A stretch of DNA of 64,000 bases, taken from NCBI GenBank assembly GCA_013265495.1, contig MU058650.1, forward strand, positions 523,394 through 587,393, written 5' to 3'. The notes under the pieces were generated by a model that searched no databases, was not told the DNA's origin, and worked only from the letters and a program-made list of their open reading frames with translations. Each line of letters starts with the position of its first letter. Within the stretch, counting starts at the first letter, position 1. Shown one piece after another: positions 36,666 through 51,144 of the stretch. The DNA is from Vicugna vicugna. Lineage: Eukaryota. The translations under genes were made by a program, and so were the position numbers.

Positions 36666-39600
36666 TCTAAACTGAAATACAGTGTTCCACACTCACTAAG
36701 GCAGGAAACGTTACAGTTGAAAGGGATAATTAAGTCTTAGCTAGATTGTATGATTTTGGATACAGCATTTGTTTTTCTGAACCTCTATTTCCTTTATTAT
36801 AAAATAGGGGAATTTTCAGCATCACTATTTCTCAGGGTTGGTGCAAGCTCAAAATGAAACAAGATTATAAAGTATTATACATACATGTGCTGTATGTTAA
36901 TTCTATGCAAAAAAAAAAATCTGTTGATGAGGAAGTAGTGAAACAATTGTTAAATGAACTAGACTGACCATGTCAAGCACCTAGGACTGCTGCCAGGCAT
37001 GCCTCACAGCCCAAAGATGCCAATTACGTGCTGCAAAGCTAACTGGTATCATTTCAACTCATGAGTACAGCAGTGGCCTTCATATTAGGAAGTAATTTCT
37101 AGCCTTTTAAAATATCTTTGCACGCTCCACTTGAGCAAGTCCCAAAACTCCCCTATTGTTTCCAGTACCTGGGAATAAGGGAGGAGATATTTCCGCCTGA
37201 TAAGCCACTGAGCAGCAGGTGAAGCTGGAGAGAACCACCCACAAGAAAGAGAAGAGGGGAACAGTTTAGGAAATACTATGTCTAATCCTGTTCAGGGGCA
37301 CTTTGGCTCTCCATCATATTGAGAAAAATTATTCCTAAGGTAAGGAAAACTCTTCAACCATCTTAACTAAAATGGGAGCCTTACGAGTAAACGTGGGGCA
37401 TCAGGTCTCATTGGCAAGCTCTTTCCTACAACCAGATAGATCCCTAAACTGGATTAAAGAATTGGGCATGAAATTCATTTTGCTTTGTCTCTAAATGGAC
37501 TAAAGGAAATTTCTGATTATGTCTTGGCTCCACATGTAGCCCGAATGGGTAAGAAAGTGCTGACCATGCTGACTTTAAGCAAAAGGCCTCATTTCACAAT
37601 TACTGCTCACTGTAAGTGAGTAAACTGTCTTTCAGATGCCAACCACGGGCATTTCGTTTAGCCAGTCAGTGCCTAAGAATCTGATTATTTCAGGATTCTG
37701 ACAAGATCAAGTCCCTGGAGTGGGAAAGTTTCAGATGCTGAAACATACAGAAACCATCAAATACTACCCAGGGAGGGTCCTGCTCGGCTCTCCTGCTTCA
37801 GCCCCTCTTGGAAGATAAATCTCAACAAGGGTCTGAATATAATCAGATCTAGTGTTGACTATAATCTGATGATCTAAATGGATACAAAACTAGCTAGCTT
37901 ACTAGTCATCAGTGTTTATAATGCACTCCGTCCCTAAGCTAGGGAGACAGAATAATCACAGTTCATTCTGGAAAAAAAAAATGCAGGATGAAGAATTCTA
38001 ACACTGCATGACATGAAAAATCTTTCTTTTCATTTAACTCTATCTGAGTACGTTTTTTAACCGAGGTATCACTCCATTATATAATATGTATTACATGGCT
38101 TCCTCATTCCTTCTAATAAATTATTTCATTGCACCAAGATGTGTATATGCATAGATTTTCACAATCTATGAAGAGAAATTTGTACGCTTATAAATGCAAC
38201 TATTTCTATGATAATAATGACTGCATACTCAGAAATCAAACGACAAGTAATGTCATTGCTCTTCCCAGACACTGAAGCTGTTGGCAGTGAGGGTGGCTTC
38301 TTTCACTCTGTTTAGAGCTGCCTCACCCATGGGAGCCTGGAAGCATACAGACATGACAGTGGACAGGCAAACTAGGTCAGCCTAGAGGCAGAGCCCTGAC
38401 GAAGAAAGAGCCCTTTGTCATTTCTAACACAGATCTGTGTTGGAGGAACTCATAGCACAGTCAAGAACTAAATTCGTGATAGGAGGTAAGGTTCAAGAAA
38501 ACCAACAGGAAGTTGCTATCAGCCACTCCTTAGCAAGTCACAAAGTAGGCAACCCACAAACAGGGAGTCCGTGCTGAACACTATTGCATATTACCAAACT
38601 GAAGATGGAGCGATTCATGGACACTTGGAAAGACATGGTGAGAAGAGCTTAGGACCTGAAACAGGAAAAATGGGCACTAAAATAGGTGATTATGAGCTTC
38701 TTGACTTTAGGCAAGTAACTGCTCCCCTCTGAGCTTTGGTTTCTTCACCCTTCAATTGAGCCTAATAATAACCCTTGCCCTGGCTGTCTCATACATTTCC
38801 CGAGTGAATCAGGGTGAGAAAATGAGCGTTAAAAACAAAGGTTTGTAAGCGCTATGCAGGTATCACATACGAAAAGCATCGGCTCGTCACTCCCTCCTGG
38901 CCCTGAAGTGGGGAAAACCCAGCGGGAAGAAAACGGTGTCGCTCATACCTCGTGTTTTTCGCTATTTGCTCTCATTAGAACCAAAATGTTATCTGTGTAG
39001 ATGTCTTAGCCATTTGTTTCATCTCACTACCTAATAGAAAATTAGTAACTGGGAGAAGGAGCCAGAGAGCAAAAACATGTGAGTAAGAGCAGTTTCCTAC
39101 AGAAGAGGGGAAATGTTTCTGGAACAGTATTGTTTTTTCCAAATTCTTTCTAGAATGCTACATGCATTTTAAATATCTTGCTCTGGCATTCAGCTTTACA
39201 AATATCAGTCAAGTGTTGACCCACACAAGTCATGCACACATATTCATACCAGAGAATTTTAAAGATATGATACTCAGGAACTAGGTATTAACTGGATATC
39301 ATTCACTATTACCCAGTTTAAAAAAAAATTAATTTCCTTGCACGTATAAGGGCTCTTAATCGGAATCTCCAAGGCAAATTCAGTGCAGGGTCATCCATGA
39401 TTGGCATAACACATATTAATCCATAAGCTATTCACTCAAGAGGCAACATCTCTGGAATCTCTATGCGTCACAAAATATAATAACATCAGCCCTGTTTAGT
39501 CCTATGGGCCTTATTTAACATGAACCTTAAAGTAGCAGTAATAGTTCTTAAACATAACAGAAGTTAGCCATAAGCTTATAAAATTAGAAGTATAATGCCA

Positions 39601-42600
39601 CATAATCAAAGGAGCTATATATTATTATTTTGTTTTTATCTACCAGTATATCTACACCATTCATACAGACCAAGAATGTTACCTAATTTACTGTGCCTAC
39701 AGAGCTCTTCACACATCTGTGTGAGAGGGACCCAGACATGCCCACTTCTGCATGGTCGTCAGTGTATGTCAGAGCCTTGTGGGGTCAGACACCAGATTTG
39801 ATTTTAGGATGGAAAAGCTATCTCCTCCCCCCCACTCCCCCAATGTTCCCCACAAAACATACTTTTCACTCCTGCATTAATTAATTAATAATTTAACGTA
39901 AGTCATTTAAAATGCACACAGTCTAATCTGTCTGGTGGGAGAGACTAATAGCAGATTTTTTGTGACATGAGGTTTTCATATAGAAATCAAGAAAGATAAG
40001 ACAGAGATAGAGGGGGGAGAAAGACAGAGACAGAGAGACACCGAGAATAAGGACTATCAAAAAGAAACGCTTCTCTTTACGATTTTTTCTCAAACTTAGC
40101 CCACAATATATCAAAGTTTACACTAAAATGCCAAGGCAGAAACTGTGACATGCTCGACTTTGGTTCTATTAGTTACTCTGGAAGAGCAAAATAATAAATT
40201 TTGCTATTTTAGGTTTTTAAGATGTTTCCAGGCAGGTACAACTTGATTTGACTATAGATCACATAAAAGTGGCTGAATACCTTATCTTAGGGCCAAGAAT
40301 TGTTGTTCTGATCTTATTTTTAAATTCATATTTGTAGACTCATATTTTATAGAATTACAATTGTAACATTTTTATTGACCTATATGTGAAAGTGATTTAT
40401 TCATACATATCCTTTGAAAAATTACGCCTCTTGAGAAACTTGTAGTAAAATGCTTTTTCCAACTACATAACCAAAGGAACTGTTAATTTCATTACAGTTA
40501 TCATTAATGCTATTAAGATGATAGATCCCATCGCTATAATCAAAGCAATTGTGTACCGATGTGAATTATGTATTTGGGACTGATGTATTTCTCAGTAGTC
40601 AAAAAGCAAAGTTCATGGCGGAAAATTACATCTACTACTTAACGCAGTATTTCATTTCCTCCGTCCTAGTCCACTCCCATCCCAAGAACGTGGCTGAGTA
40701 AGGAGAGAACTACCCGAGTGCTTAGGGAACCAGCAGGCAGCAGCCCCATACGCCCCAATACTAACAGTCAGCCCCTCGCAAGCTGTGGGTGAGCGTCACC
40801 CATTCTCCTTCAGCAGGGAAGCTAGGCTGTACTTTGCAAGCACACTTTTGCAGAAAGAATTAATTCAGAACGAAAGGATAGATTGGTTTTATTTGAAATG
40901 TGTTTATAATGGCAATGAGTTAACACAAGAAGGGGGAAAGAAAGAGGCTTGATAGCTTGCAAACACTGTCATGTCCACAAAGTGCTTACTGATCTTTATA
41001 TCAGGAGGAAACAATAAATCTGTCTTCTCCAGCATCCACACGAGAAACTCCTGATATCTGCCTGAAGCTTCAAATGGAATTACAATAGTTTGTAGCTAAA
41101 ATTTATTCTTTTCCTCGGTCTTTGTTCCATTACAACACAATCATCTCATCAGTATCACCGCTTACGTTAAATGTCTTTGGAGGCAGGTTCTTTTGTTAAG
41201 GAGGTAAAAGACATTTTCATTAGTGTGGCAAATTTTTAAAAGACACAATAAAAGTAATTATACTTACTCCAGATTTCTGTTGGATGATATTTTAAAATTC
41301 AGAATCACAGAGAGTCATTTCTTTTCTGCCCTATATAATCAATGGTAGACAGATAGATAGATAGATTGCAAAAATGCTATTAAAATAAACTCAGGTTTAT
41401 ATCTGTAAATATATGATAAAAATACAATTTGCAAGAATTGATGCACTTTCCTTTCTGAAAACAAATAAATAAATTTCTTCAGTTAAAAATCAAGTATTTG
41501 TAAGACAACATTCAAAAATCAAGTCACCTCTTATACACAAATTAAACCCATCACAGAAGGAAAAAATGAAATTGGAAGACAGACTCAGCAAAGCGAGTAT
41601 TTGGAGAGAGAGAGAGAACCCAGAAAGAATTTGGTCAGCAGGCATTTCGACAAGGTGTGTTTCTCTTTTGTTGAGACCTACAGAAACTAACTAAATTAAG
41701 ACAACAGGCTTCTCACTAGTACAGCGACAGGTTCTCCCTAAATTTGCTCTTGGGGTAATGTGATTTTTCTTTTCTTCCAAAAGTTCTTGCTTCCCCTTGA
41801 GAAAACCTTATACAAGAAAGAGGTTGGGAGAAGGATAAAATCTTTCTGAAATTTCATTCCTGTAACGTTTGCAACAGAATCACGAGAGAAAAATGACGGG
41901 GAGGGAGCAGGTGGTGAGCAGGGTGGGTTACACGTATTTTCTGTAACTAAAACACCTCAAATTCCTGGCACAGAAAAGGCCAGCGACAAGTATCGGTTTA
42001 ATGAACGCATGTTAAATTTTTTAAAAATATGTTCAGATCACGTAGAAAAAATTTATTTTATCTTCTCAATATACAACGTAAATTGACTAACGTAGCAGAT
42101 TATAAGAGTATTTAAGGAAAATCCAGTACTTTTTATTTTTTAACTTTGCAGATGACTAGAACCATTTTCTGCTCCATAGATCTTCTATTTTGGCTCAGGA
42201 TACAATAAAGTCAAGCATGCATAGAAAGTATGTAGTAAATATATGATGAAGGAGTAAAAGATAATGGAACATGATATTTACATTTGTACATGTTATTGTT
42301 ACATTTGTACATGTTATGTTACTGATTTTATTTTTCTAAAATGCACTTGTATTTATCATCTTACTTGTTCCTTACAATATTTGTGTGATGTATTTAGAAT
42401 AAGTATCTTTATATTCACTCTAAATCTCTTAATTTAGCAAATACTTACTGATCAGCTTCTACATGGCAGGCACTAGTAGACTTGGGAGTTGGCGGTATAT
42501 AGAAAGAAAAAATCCTCACTTGATGAGGTTGAGTAAAATTCACCCAGAAAAGGCAAGGGAGGGGGTCAAGAAGCTGCACTTGACTGTAGTGTCTTGCATG

Positions 42601-43772
42601 GCTGTATTTTGGCCTCTGAACTGTGTAAAATAAATTCAATCTAACAGCAAAGTAGAGTCCTATTCACTTGGTGTCCAATACCTTGAGAGTTCCTTCCATT
42701 AGTGACATTTCCATCAGTATCCAAAAGCACTCCAACACTAAATAAAGTCATATCAGACACAGAGATGGTAAGAATATGGGTTTTATATTTTATATATAGA
42801 TATAAAAATTACATATCTCCAATCGCATTTAAAAGTAAAAGAGAACAAGCTAATAGAAACACGAATCAAAAAACAGTTCCCTCCACATGATGTTCAATTA
42901 ATAAAGTACTATTTTTAGATGATTAAGAGAAAATCTGAAGTTTTCAGATTGATAGAACAATCTGAAAGTGATCTCCAGTAGAATATACCAAAAAATATAT
43001 ACAACTTCATACTTTGAGTATAAAATTTCTGAGGAATGAATTACTGACATTTCAGACCTCATCTGACATCCCATGGTCAGTGTAGCTACCATAGCTAGGA
43101 TATACCTAGAGAGCTGCAAACAGCATAGCAATTTAAATTTGACAGTCACTAGATACACAAAATCACTGACCAATCACTGAGTTACAGTGATAAGTCGAGA
43201 TACAATGGTAACAAATTAAGTGTAAATAAAACCAAAATCTGATAGCTGTCTTTGCACCATACTCCTCCTATGCCATATTGTACCCGCCTTGATACAGAGA
43301 AGTTAAGTGTCCTCACTTTTGGCAAAGAAGCTAAACAACGGCTCTAGATGGAATCTATCCTTTCCCAAACTCTATTTATCTCATCCATCTCCTGCTTCTT
43401 TGACTGCGCTATTATCTTCAGACATGAGCTGCTGCTTCTTTAATAAACTTTGATTTGGCCTCATGGGCCCTGCCAACTAGCTCTACTTGTATTGCCAAAT
43501 GTCTTGGAAGACAAATTCATGCCCACAATATCCATTTACTCATTATGTATTCTCCCTTTAAATCTTGTTAAACAGGTTTCTATCTCAGAGGCAGGACTGA
43601 GAGGCAGGACTCACTTTTCTAAGGCCACCAGAAACCTCATTCATCCTGGGTGTGAAAGGACCACCCTTAAATTCACACCGTTTTTCAAATATCACCTCTA
43701 CAGCTCTTGCTCCAGCTGCTCTCCAGCCACCTCCCACCACACAATCAAACAAACAAAAAAAGCATCCTAGCT

Positions 43773-43922
43773 GGGAGGAGGGGATAGCTCAGTAGTAGAG
43801 CACATGCTTAGCATGTATAAGGTCCTGGGTTTGATCCCCAGTATATCCATTTTAAATAAACAAACAAACAAACCCAATTACCTCCTCCACCCCTCCACCC
43901 CAAAAAAGGAAAAAAAAATTCT
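43773..43922 (+). mobile_element. tRNA-derived camelid SINE (Vic-1-type)
   Basis: GGGAGGAGGGGATAGCTCAGTAGTAGAGCACATGCTTAGCATG..GGTCCTGGGTTTGATCCCCAG (A/B boxes), AATTACCTCC tail, TSD AAAAAAAGCATCCTAG at 43755 and 43923. Confidence 0.9.
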
Positions 43923-44319
43923 AAAAAAAGCATCCTAGAACTCCTACACTTTTTTGGTTCCCTTTCACATTTTGCTTCTCAATTCTCTACTGTTCTGATT
44001 TTCCCTGCCTTTTCAACCAGAGATGTCAATTTCCAAGATACTTGCTCTTACCTCTGTGAGCTCTTACCTAAACTCCAATCCCAAATCTTAAATGGTCTAT
44101 TTATTGAGTCATCTGCCTACAGTGTGACAGGCACTGTGCTGAGGCTGGTGATCCAACAATAACAAGCTCACAAAGAACTCAGGGTCCAGAGCCAACCATT
44201 TGCACTTGAATTCAAAACACTCAAATCCAAGGTTATCATTATATTCCTTCCAAATACCACCTTCCCTCTGCTGACGTTTGCACTTTTCTCAATGCCATCG
44301 CAATTCTCAAACTCACTAT

Positions 44320-44730
44320 TGCAGGTTGGGCTCCCTGGGAAGTAGGCTCTGAGAAGGTCAGAATGCAGACAGCTTACTAGGGGGTACTTTGATGGGATCA
44401 ATACTCATCAAAGAATGTAGACGGAAGCAGAACTGGGAAGGGGAAGACGTTGGACTGTGATGCAGTCTCACTGGAGGCCACAGCCGACTGTACATGGAGT
44501 TCCAACTTCAGAGTTGGCTGAATTAGGGCAAGGAGGGGCAAGTCTTCAGATCCATGTGCAGATTAGTCACTAGAAAGGGGAATGATCTTTGGCAAGGCAT
44601 CTCTTCCTTCAGTCCAGGCAGTACATACAGGAGACTGACAGCTGAGGGTGACTGTGAGCAGCACTTGTAACAAATAAGGAAGTAAGTCCATGGTTACTAA
44701 CAAGGCATCTAGACAGTGCGTCACAGCCTC
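44320..44730 (-). mobile_element. Ancient ERVL-type LTR remnant (LTR16-like)
   Basis: GCAGGTTGGGCTCCCTGGGAAGTAGGCTCTGAGA...GTTGGACTGTGATGCAGTC..GAGGCCACAGCCGAC. Confidence 0.6.
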
Positions 44731-45027
44731 CACCACACCCACAGGGGTGTGAAATGCACCAACATGGTGGAAGAAATAGAGTTTGGAGCTGAATCTTATC
44801 TCTATCAGTAAGTAACTAACTCTGATCATAGGCAAGTTACTCAACTTCTCTGAATCTCTCACAAGATTTTGAAAATTCAAGGATACATATTATAAAAACA
44901 CTTAAATTCTGGGTCCATAGTAGTTGCCTAATAGATGTTAATTCTCCTTCTTCTACACTGTGAGTTGTTTTTTTTTTAACTATGTTCTTTCTTTTCTAAG
45001 TACTGAAACTTCTTTCAAAATGCCGTT

Positions 45028-45760
45028 TGTTCATTCAATCAATAAAGATGTCCTGAGAACCTGCCTCTAGACAGGACTATTCTAGGCACTGCAAAGACCA
45101 CCATAAACAGCCCAGGCAAGGTCCCTGCCCTTGCACAGCTTACACTACAGTGAGGGAAGACAAATAACACATAAGTGAGCAAGTAAATACAAAGATAACT
45201 TCTGACAGGAGTGTCATGATGGAAATAAGCAATGACGTTGAAGAGAATGGTTGGTAGGGGAGAGCTACCATCGGATGAGGTGACACTGAGCTGAAATTTG
45301 AAAGCCAAGGAAAGGTCAGTTATGTAGAGAACTGCAGCAAGGGGGCATTCCTGACACAGGGGATATAGAACAAAAGTCCTAAAGAAGACAAATGAACTTA
45401 TACATAAAACAGAAACAGACACACAGGCATAGAATACAGACTTGTGGTTGCCAGAGGGAAGGCGGGTGGGAAGGGATAAACTGGGAGTTCGAGATTTGCA
45501 GATGACTGGCCGCTATATATAAAATAGATAAACAAGTTTATGCTGTACAGCACAGGGAAATATATTTAATGTCTTGTAGTAGCTTATGGTGAAAAAGAAT
45601 ATTAAAATAAATATATGTATATTTTAAAAAGTCCTGAGGCAAGATAATACCTTTCTGAAATGTTTAAGGAGTGTATACAAAATTGTGAGTGCAGGTTAGA
45701 GTTCGTGAGGTGAGGTCAGAGAGGTAGTCTCTTGGTATCTTGTAGACCTTAGTAGGGCAT
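45028..45760 (-). mobile_element. L2 3' end, interrupted by an L1 fragment
   Basis: TTCATTCAATCAATAAA..TTCTAGGCACTG..AAGGTCCCTGCCCTTGCACAGCTTACACTACAGTGAGGG..GAGGTGACACTGAGCTGA; resumes at AAAAGTCCTGAGGCAAG. Confidence 0.75.
45381..45626 (+). mobile_element. L1 3'UTR fragment, short at both ends but flanked by a TSD
   Basis: Homologous to 18543-18780; TSD AAAAGTCCT at 45372-45380 and 45627-45635. Confidence 0.9.
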
Positions 45761-47122
45761 CACTCCTGCATTACTGTTGTTAAGTATTAAATAGAATAAA
45801 ATGTGTGGTGCACTTATAGTACATGCCCAGTACATGGGAAGGACGTGATAAGTCAGCAGTTATTATTACTATAATCATCATCATCATTACAGTTCCAACC
45901 CTTCCTTTGTCCATATGGCCTTCCTATCATCCCAAATAAGGAGAGGCTGGGAGAGTATGAAGGGGAGAGACAGGAGGGGCAGAAATAGCTGTTGTGCACA
46001 TTATTTGGTAATTTTTTATACACAGTTTTACATTTTTTATACCCAAACAGACCATATCAAATTCCTGTCTGAATGCCCCACTTCTTTTGTCTGCTTAATG
46101 CATATTGAGTGCATGCTGAGTGAATCAATAAGTGCTCATTTGCTAAATAAATGCTGTCTGAATAAATGAATGTGAGGAGCAAGGGAATGAATGAATGAAC
46201 AAGTGACCAGTAAGATCACATTTACTGTTAAGATTTCTGGGAGCTTTCATAACCCTGAGATGTTGTGTACCCAAGGTAAAAAAATATTTCCCATAAAAAG
46301 CATGAGCATGCTAGGCAAGAACTATAGAGAAGGGAATTTCTACAGGTTTTGGAAAAGATGTGTTCGGAGGTAATAAGTTTTCAGACATGATTAACAATAT
46401 GCAGATTTACGGTGAAAGAGCTGATAAGAAGCAGTTAAAGAAAGGCACCAAAGTTAACTGATCATCGACTGTATTCCAATTACTGTGCTAGGCATTATAC
46501 TTTTAATCTTCATAGTCCCATAAATTATTATGTTCATTTTATAAATAAGAAACAGCCTTAAGAGAGGCTTATCCAAGAATGCACAATATCACGATTAGTG
46601 TCTGATTCCAAAACCTGTTCTTTTCCCGGAATGTAAATAGTGAAGGAATCTGAACCAACACCTTGGTCCTCATGAAATCAGCATTGCAGCATGATGAAAT
46701 AATTCTTTAATAGTTAAACACACTGTCTTCAACTGACTATTCATCTTTTACTACATATCTACCCTTGAGTGACAGATTAGTGTTATTATATATGGTATCA
46801 GAGACAGGAAGCAGACAGAAAATTGTTTCCCCAAAGTAAAATTAAAACAAATATCCAGATGCAGCATTAATTGAGTGTGGCCTCTGCCCATCAGTAACCC
46901 CCCTTCCCCACCCATCCTGCACACACAGCTACACTAACAGGCATTAAAAAAAAAAAAAAAAAGACAAGCACATTAACCAAATTATACACGTAACTCTAAA
47001 CGTTTAAAAAAAAATGTGTGTGCAATCATGCCTAATTTGCCTCCCTTTGCCTAAGAGACTCCCTGGTGGAAAAGCAGAAAACTGAACATGCATCCTAACT
47101 CTTTCAGACCAGAAGGACCATT

Positions 47123-47624
47123 TGTAATAGGAAAGAACAAATCTGACTCCATATTAGGCTTTAACCCTGTGCCCTGTTTTCTAGGCTCTGCCTTGCCAGG
47201 TCTGCACTTTTTTCAAAAGAATGTTGCCTTTAACCTGAAATATACAGGAGAGCCTATTCTCAAGGCTCTGACCTTTAAGGATAATAACACTTTTGCACTA
47301 TAAAAAGATAAGTTGCAGAATAGAAAATAACATTTGTTTTGTTGGAGATTTACAGGGACACCATGATCTGATCCATGTGGACAGCTACAAGAACAAAGAA
47401 TTCCTGTAGCAAGAAGTTTGCAACCACCACCACACCCCCTCCCCTTTTAATATAAAAGGAGCCTGAAATCTGACTTGAGTAGGATGGTTCTCCAAAACAT
47501 TAGTCGGCCATCCTCTTGGTCTGCCCGCTTTCCGAATAAAGTTATTATTCCTTGCCTCGACACCTCGTCTCCTGATTTACTGGCCTGTCGTGCAGCGAGC
47601 AGAATGAGTTTGGACTCAGTAACA
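47123..47624 (+). mobile_element. Solo LTR, ERV1-type family copy 2
   Basis: TG...CA termini, perfect 4-bp TSD CATT, TATAAAA 47451, AATAAA 47535. Confidence 0.93.
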
Positions 47625-47699
47625 CATTTAGTACCTCAGTGCTCCTATGCAGAGGAAATTTCATGGTATAAAGCATTTGATTATCTAGAACACTCCATT

Positions 47700-48160
47700 T
47701 ACATGGTAACTAACCTTATTATGATGATCAAATCACTATATTGTGTAACAAGAAGTAACCTAGTGTTACAAGTCAATTATACTTCTAAAACAAACTAACT
47801 TGCTGAAGAAAAGATCAGATTTGTGGTTACCAGAGACTGGGGTAGGTAGTTGGAGAAAGGTAGTCAAAAGATACAAACTTCCAGTTATAAAACACATATT
47901 AGGGATGTAATGTGCAGTATGATAAATATAATTACCACTGCTGTACGTTATACGTGAAAGTTGTTAGGAGAGTCAACCCTAAGAGTTCTCATCACAAGGA
48001 AATTTTTTTCCATTTCTTTAATTTTGTGTCTATATGAGATGATGGATGGTTACTAAACTGCAGTAATCATTTCATGATGTATATAAGTCAAATCATTATG
48101 CCACACACCTTAAACTTACACAGTGCTGTGTCAATTGTATCTCAATAAAACTGGGGACAA
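47700..48160 (+). mobile_element. Older L1 3' end (L1MA9/L1_Art-like)
   Basis: GATTTGTGGTTACCAGAG..AAAGGTAGTCAAAAGATACAAACTTCCAGTTATAA..GAGTTCTCATCACAAGG..TGTATCTCAATAAAACTGG. Confidence 0.85.
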
Positions 48161-48645
48161 ATTAAAATCAATCAATCCCTCCACTTACCAGGATATTCAC
48201 ACATCTATAGCACAGTGATAATTAAGACACAATGATGACCTCAAGGCACTGAAACACACAGGGAAGTCTTTGGGATTATCAAAGACTGATCAACAAAATG
48301 GAAATTAACTCAAGCATATTTTATTGAGTTTTTGTCTACTCACAAATTGATACTGCGTATGTGATGGTTTATTTAGAATGTCTGATTCACTAGGACTAAT
48401 TTTTACCTTTTCAGATAAGAAAACATCTGCTGTGTTCTCTGATACATTAAGAAATGGCCACGCATTACTCTAAATCCCATAGGCTCTGAAGCAACCGTCC
48501 CAAGTCTGAGCCACAGAAACTACTGTGTAACAACTAGGGCCCACAAATAATGCACTGAAGGATGTAACTGAAAATCCTTATATTATTGAAGGATTACTTC
48601 TAACCTTTAAAACATAATATAAATAGTAATCAGAAAGCTAGAACT

Positions 48646-48836
48646 GGGGGGAGGGTATAGCTCAAGTGGCAGAATGCATGCTCAGCATGCACAAGGTCCT
48701 ATGTTCAATCCCCAGCACCTCATCCATCTAAAGATAAATAAACCTAATTACCTCCCCCTCCTGGAAAAATAAAACAATTAAATAATACAATTTTAAGTAA
48801 ATAAAATATTTATTTTAAAATTTTTGATTAAAAAAA
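48646..48836 (+). mobile_element. tRNA-derived camelid SINE (Vic-1-type)
   Basis: GGGGGGAGGGTATAGCTCAAGTGGCAGAATGCATGCTCAGCATGCACAAGGTCCTATGTTCAATCCCCAGCACCTC; TSD AAAGCTAGAA(C/T)TG at 48634 and 48837. Confidence 0.92.
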
Positions 48837-50091
48837 AAAGCTAGAATTGAGTTTTTTTCAAAGACTAACTACTTACCAGTCATGAGCCTGGTTTGGCCCT
48901 GGGGAACCAAACAGCTATTCTGAGAGCATGAACAGTAAAAGAACAGGACCCAGATACAAATTAACATCAGATCTGTGTCCAATACCAGAAGGCTAGAAAC
49001 GCCTTTGTGTATTACCGTCTGCCCCATTTGGCATTCACTCTCATCATTTCCCAAAGCATAACCCTCCACCATTAGATTGCCCCCTAACGCCTCACACTCA
49101 ATCTGACATACAGGCTTTTAACATACAATGAATACTTACACCATTTTATACATCTCTAGGTCATACCCATTCTCTCAGTTTGGGCTACAAATTCATCATC
49201 TCCAACCTCAGCTGGGCCCTCAGAAAATACCCGACAATACGTTCCAAGTCACACTAATTCTTTCAGCTTAGACTGCAAGTTCACTATCATCACCCTTAGC
49301 TGGGCCCAGCTGAATAGCCAATACATTCACCTGTTCCTGGTCAGTTTTCTCCCCCACTCCTTAAATCAACAATTTCTAACTTCATCACTTTTCCCAAGGA
49401 CTCTACCCAACCAGTACCATTATTACGTCTATAATGGTTAACTGTAGGATAGATATGCAGATGTGCTGGTTTGCAGAAATTTCTAACACAATGTTTGGTA
49501 ACACAGCATTTCTTACACACTGAATAATGAACAGAATAGCACAGTATAGATAATGTCTCTGTGTCTTACGGAGATACACGTCTCTTTGAGACAGTGTACA
49601 AACACTTGTAAGTATGTGTTACCCCCAAATAGTTAGTGTCTATGGGCATCTTCAGATAATCATGCTAACCAAGTTGAAGATAACTGGCAAAAACTCTGGA
49701 GATTATTGTGAAACTTCAATAAAATATCCAATAAGGAAGTGTTCTGAAAATCTTAAAGAATTCTTTAAAAAAACTATATTTACTCTTATTTGTGTCTACA
49801 AGCAAAACAGGTAAAACAATCAACTAAAATACAAAAGCACAAAAACCCTGTAGCATACAGAGCATTACCACATACACCACAAGCCACACAAGGATTTATG
49901 CAATCATTTATTCATTATCCTAACAAACATTCACTGAGTGCCATCATCTATCAGACTTCCTGCTAGGCATGGACATGCACAGATCTCTGTCTTAAAGAGG
50001 CAGAATAAACCAAAATCACATGTCAATACAATAAGTCTTATTGTACAGACTTGAGTACAGGGAAAATATGCAGTGACTGAAACAGGATGGG

Positions 50092-50133
50092 TGTGTGTGT
50101 GTGTGTGTGAGAGTGTGTGCTGTGTTTGTGTGT
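50092..50133 (+). repeat. Interrupted (TG)n microsatellite
   Basis: TG run with interruptions. Confidence 0.85.
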
Positions 50134-51144
50134 ACACAAAACTAGTAAGAAAAACTATTCTCTCCCAATATTAAGTTGGAGGGTACATGCATGAAGAAGC
50201 ATAGGTATAAAGCAACAAGGAATGGAAGCATTTTTAGAACATTTTCATTTCCTCGCTGGGCACAGCTAACTCATATATCACAAATATAATACAATAAATG
50301 GAAAAAGGAGTCAAGTGGACTCCAAGGGCTTGCAATTAAGTTAACATCAGGACATCCACACAGACAGCCTCCTCTCTTAGTAATAGGTTGGGTCTAGAGT
50401 TTTCTGCAAATACAAATTTTTTCAAATGCTGAATCACCATTTCTTTGAAGTGTTTAACTAGACCCCTACCCAACTCAGCCACTGGCTGAGGATGTAGAGT
50501 TTAGCAACATTGTATTTGTCATATTTGAGAGCTGGTCCTGTAATCTGGTATCTGAACCTCTTAATGCTACTTATCTAAGGAAAAATTTTTTCTGGCACCT
50601 AGATCTGTTTAATTCTCTCTTCACCTTTTTAAAAATTTTATATTGGCATGTGAACAAGTCATTGCTTCAAAATGAACCAGTCAATGGAACATTTGAGAAA
50701 TGCCATGCCAATCCTGCTCAGAAAAATACAAACACTGATAATAATGTCAGATTGCCCATTACAACAACCCTTCTTCTCCCTTCTTCTCTGTCGTTCCCAA
50801 CACTTTTGAATAGCTTTTTCTTTTTTTTGAGTAATGAGGTCACAGGACACTTACAGCAATGACATATGACCTATTGAACATAAACTGGGGGGGGGGGTGC
50901 TCAGGAAAAATAGGAGGAGAGTCCACAAATAATTGAAACTACAAACGATGAAATCTCATATATCTTCTAACACACAGCCGGTAAAATTATTTTGAACACA
51001 AAGGATACAACAGTGGGATGTGGCTCCAAGTCACCACCTCTAGTCTATCCTTATTCGGACAACTGCCTGAGATACAATCATCTCAAAGGAGCCAATTCCA
51101 GCACCATTCTTTCCAAAAAAACAAGTCTCCAAAGCTCACTGAGC

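Noticed and set aside
42278..42317. Tandem duplication of TTACATTTGTACATGTTAT
   Set aside because: Ordinary two-copy slippage duplication with no further structure.
43773..48720. Two tRNA-Ala-like sequences
   Set aside because: Both have degenerate stems, SINE tails and TSDs, so they are SINEs rather than tRNA genes.
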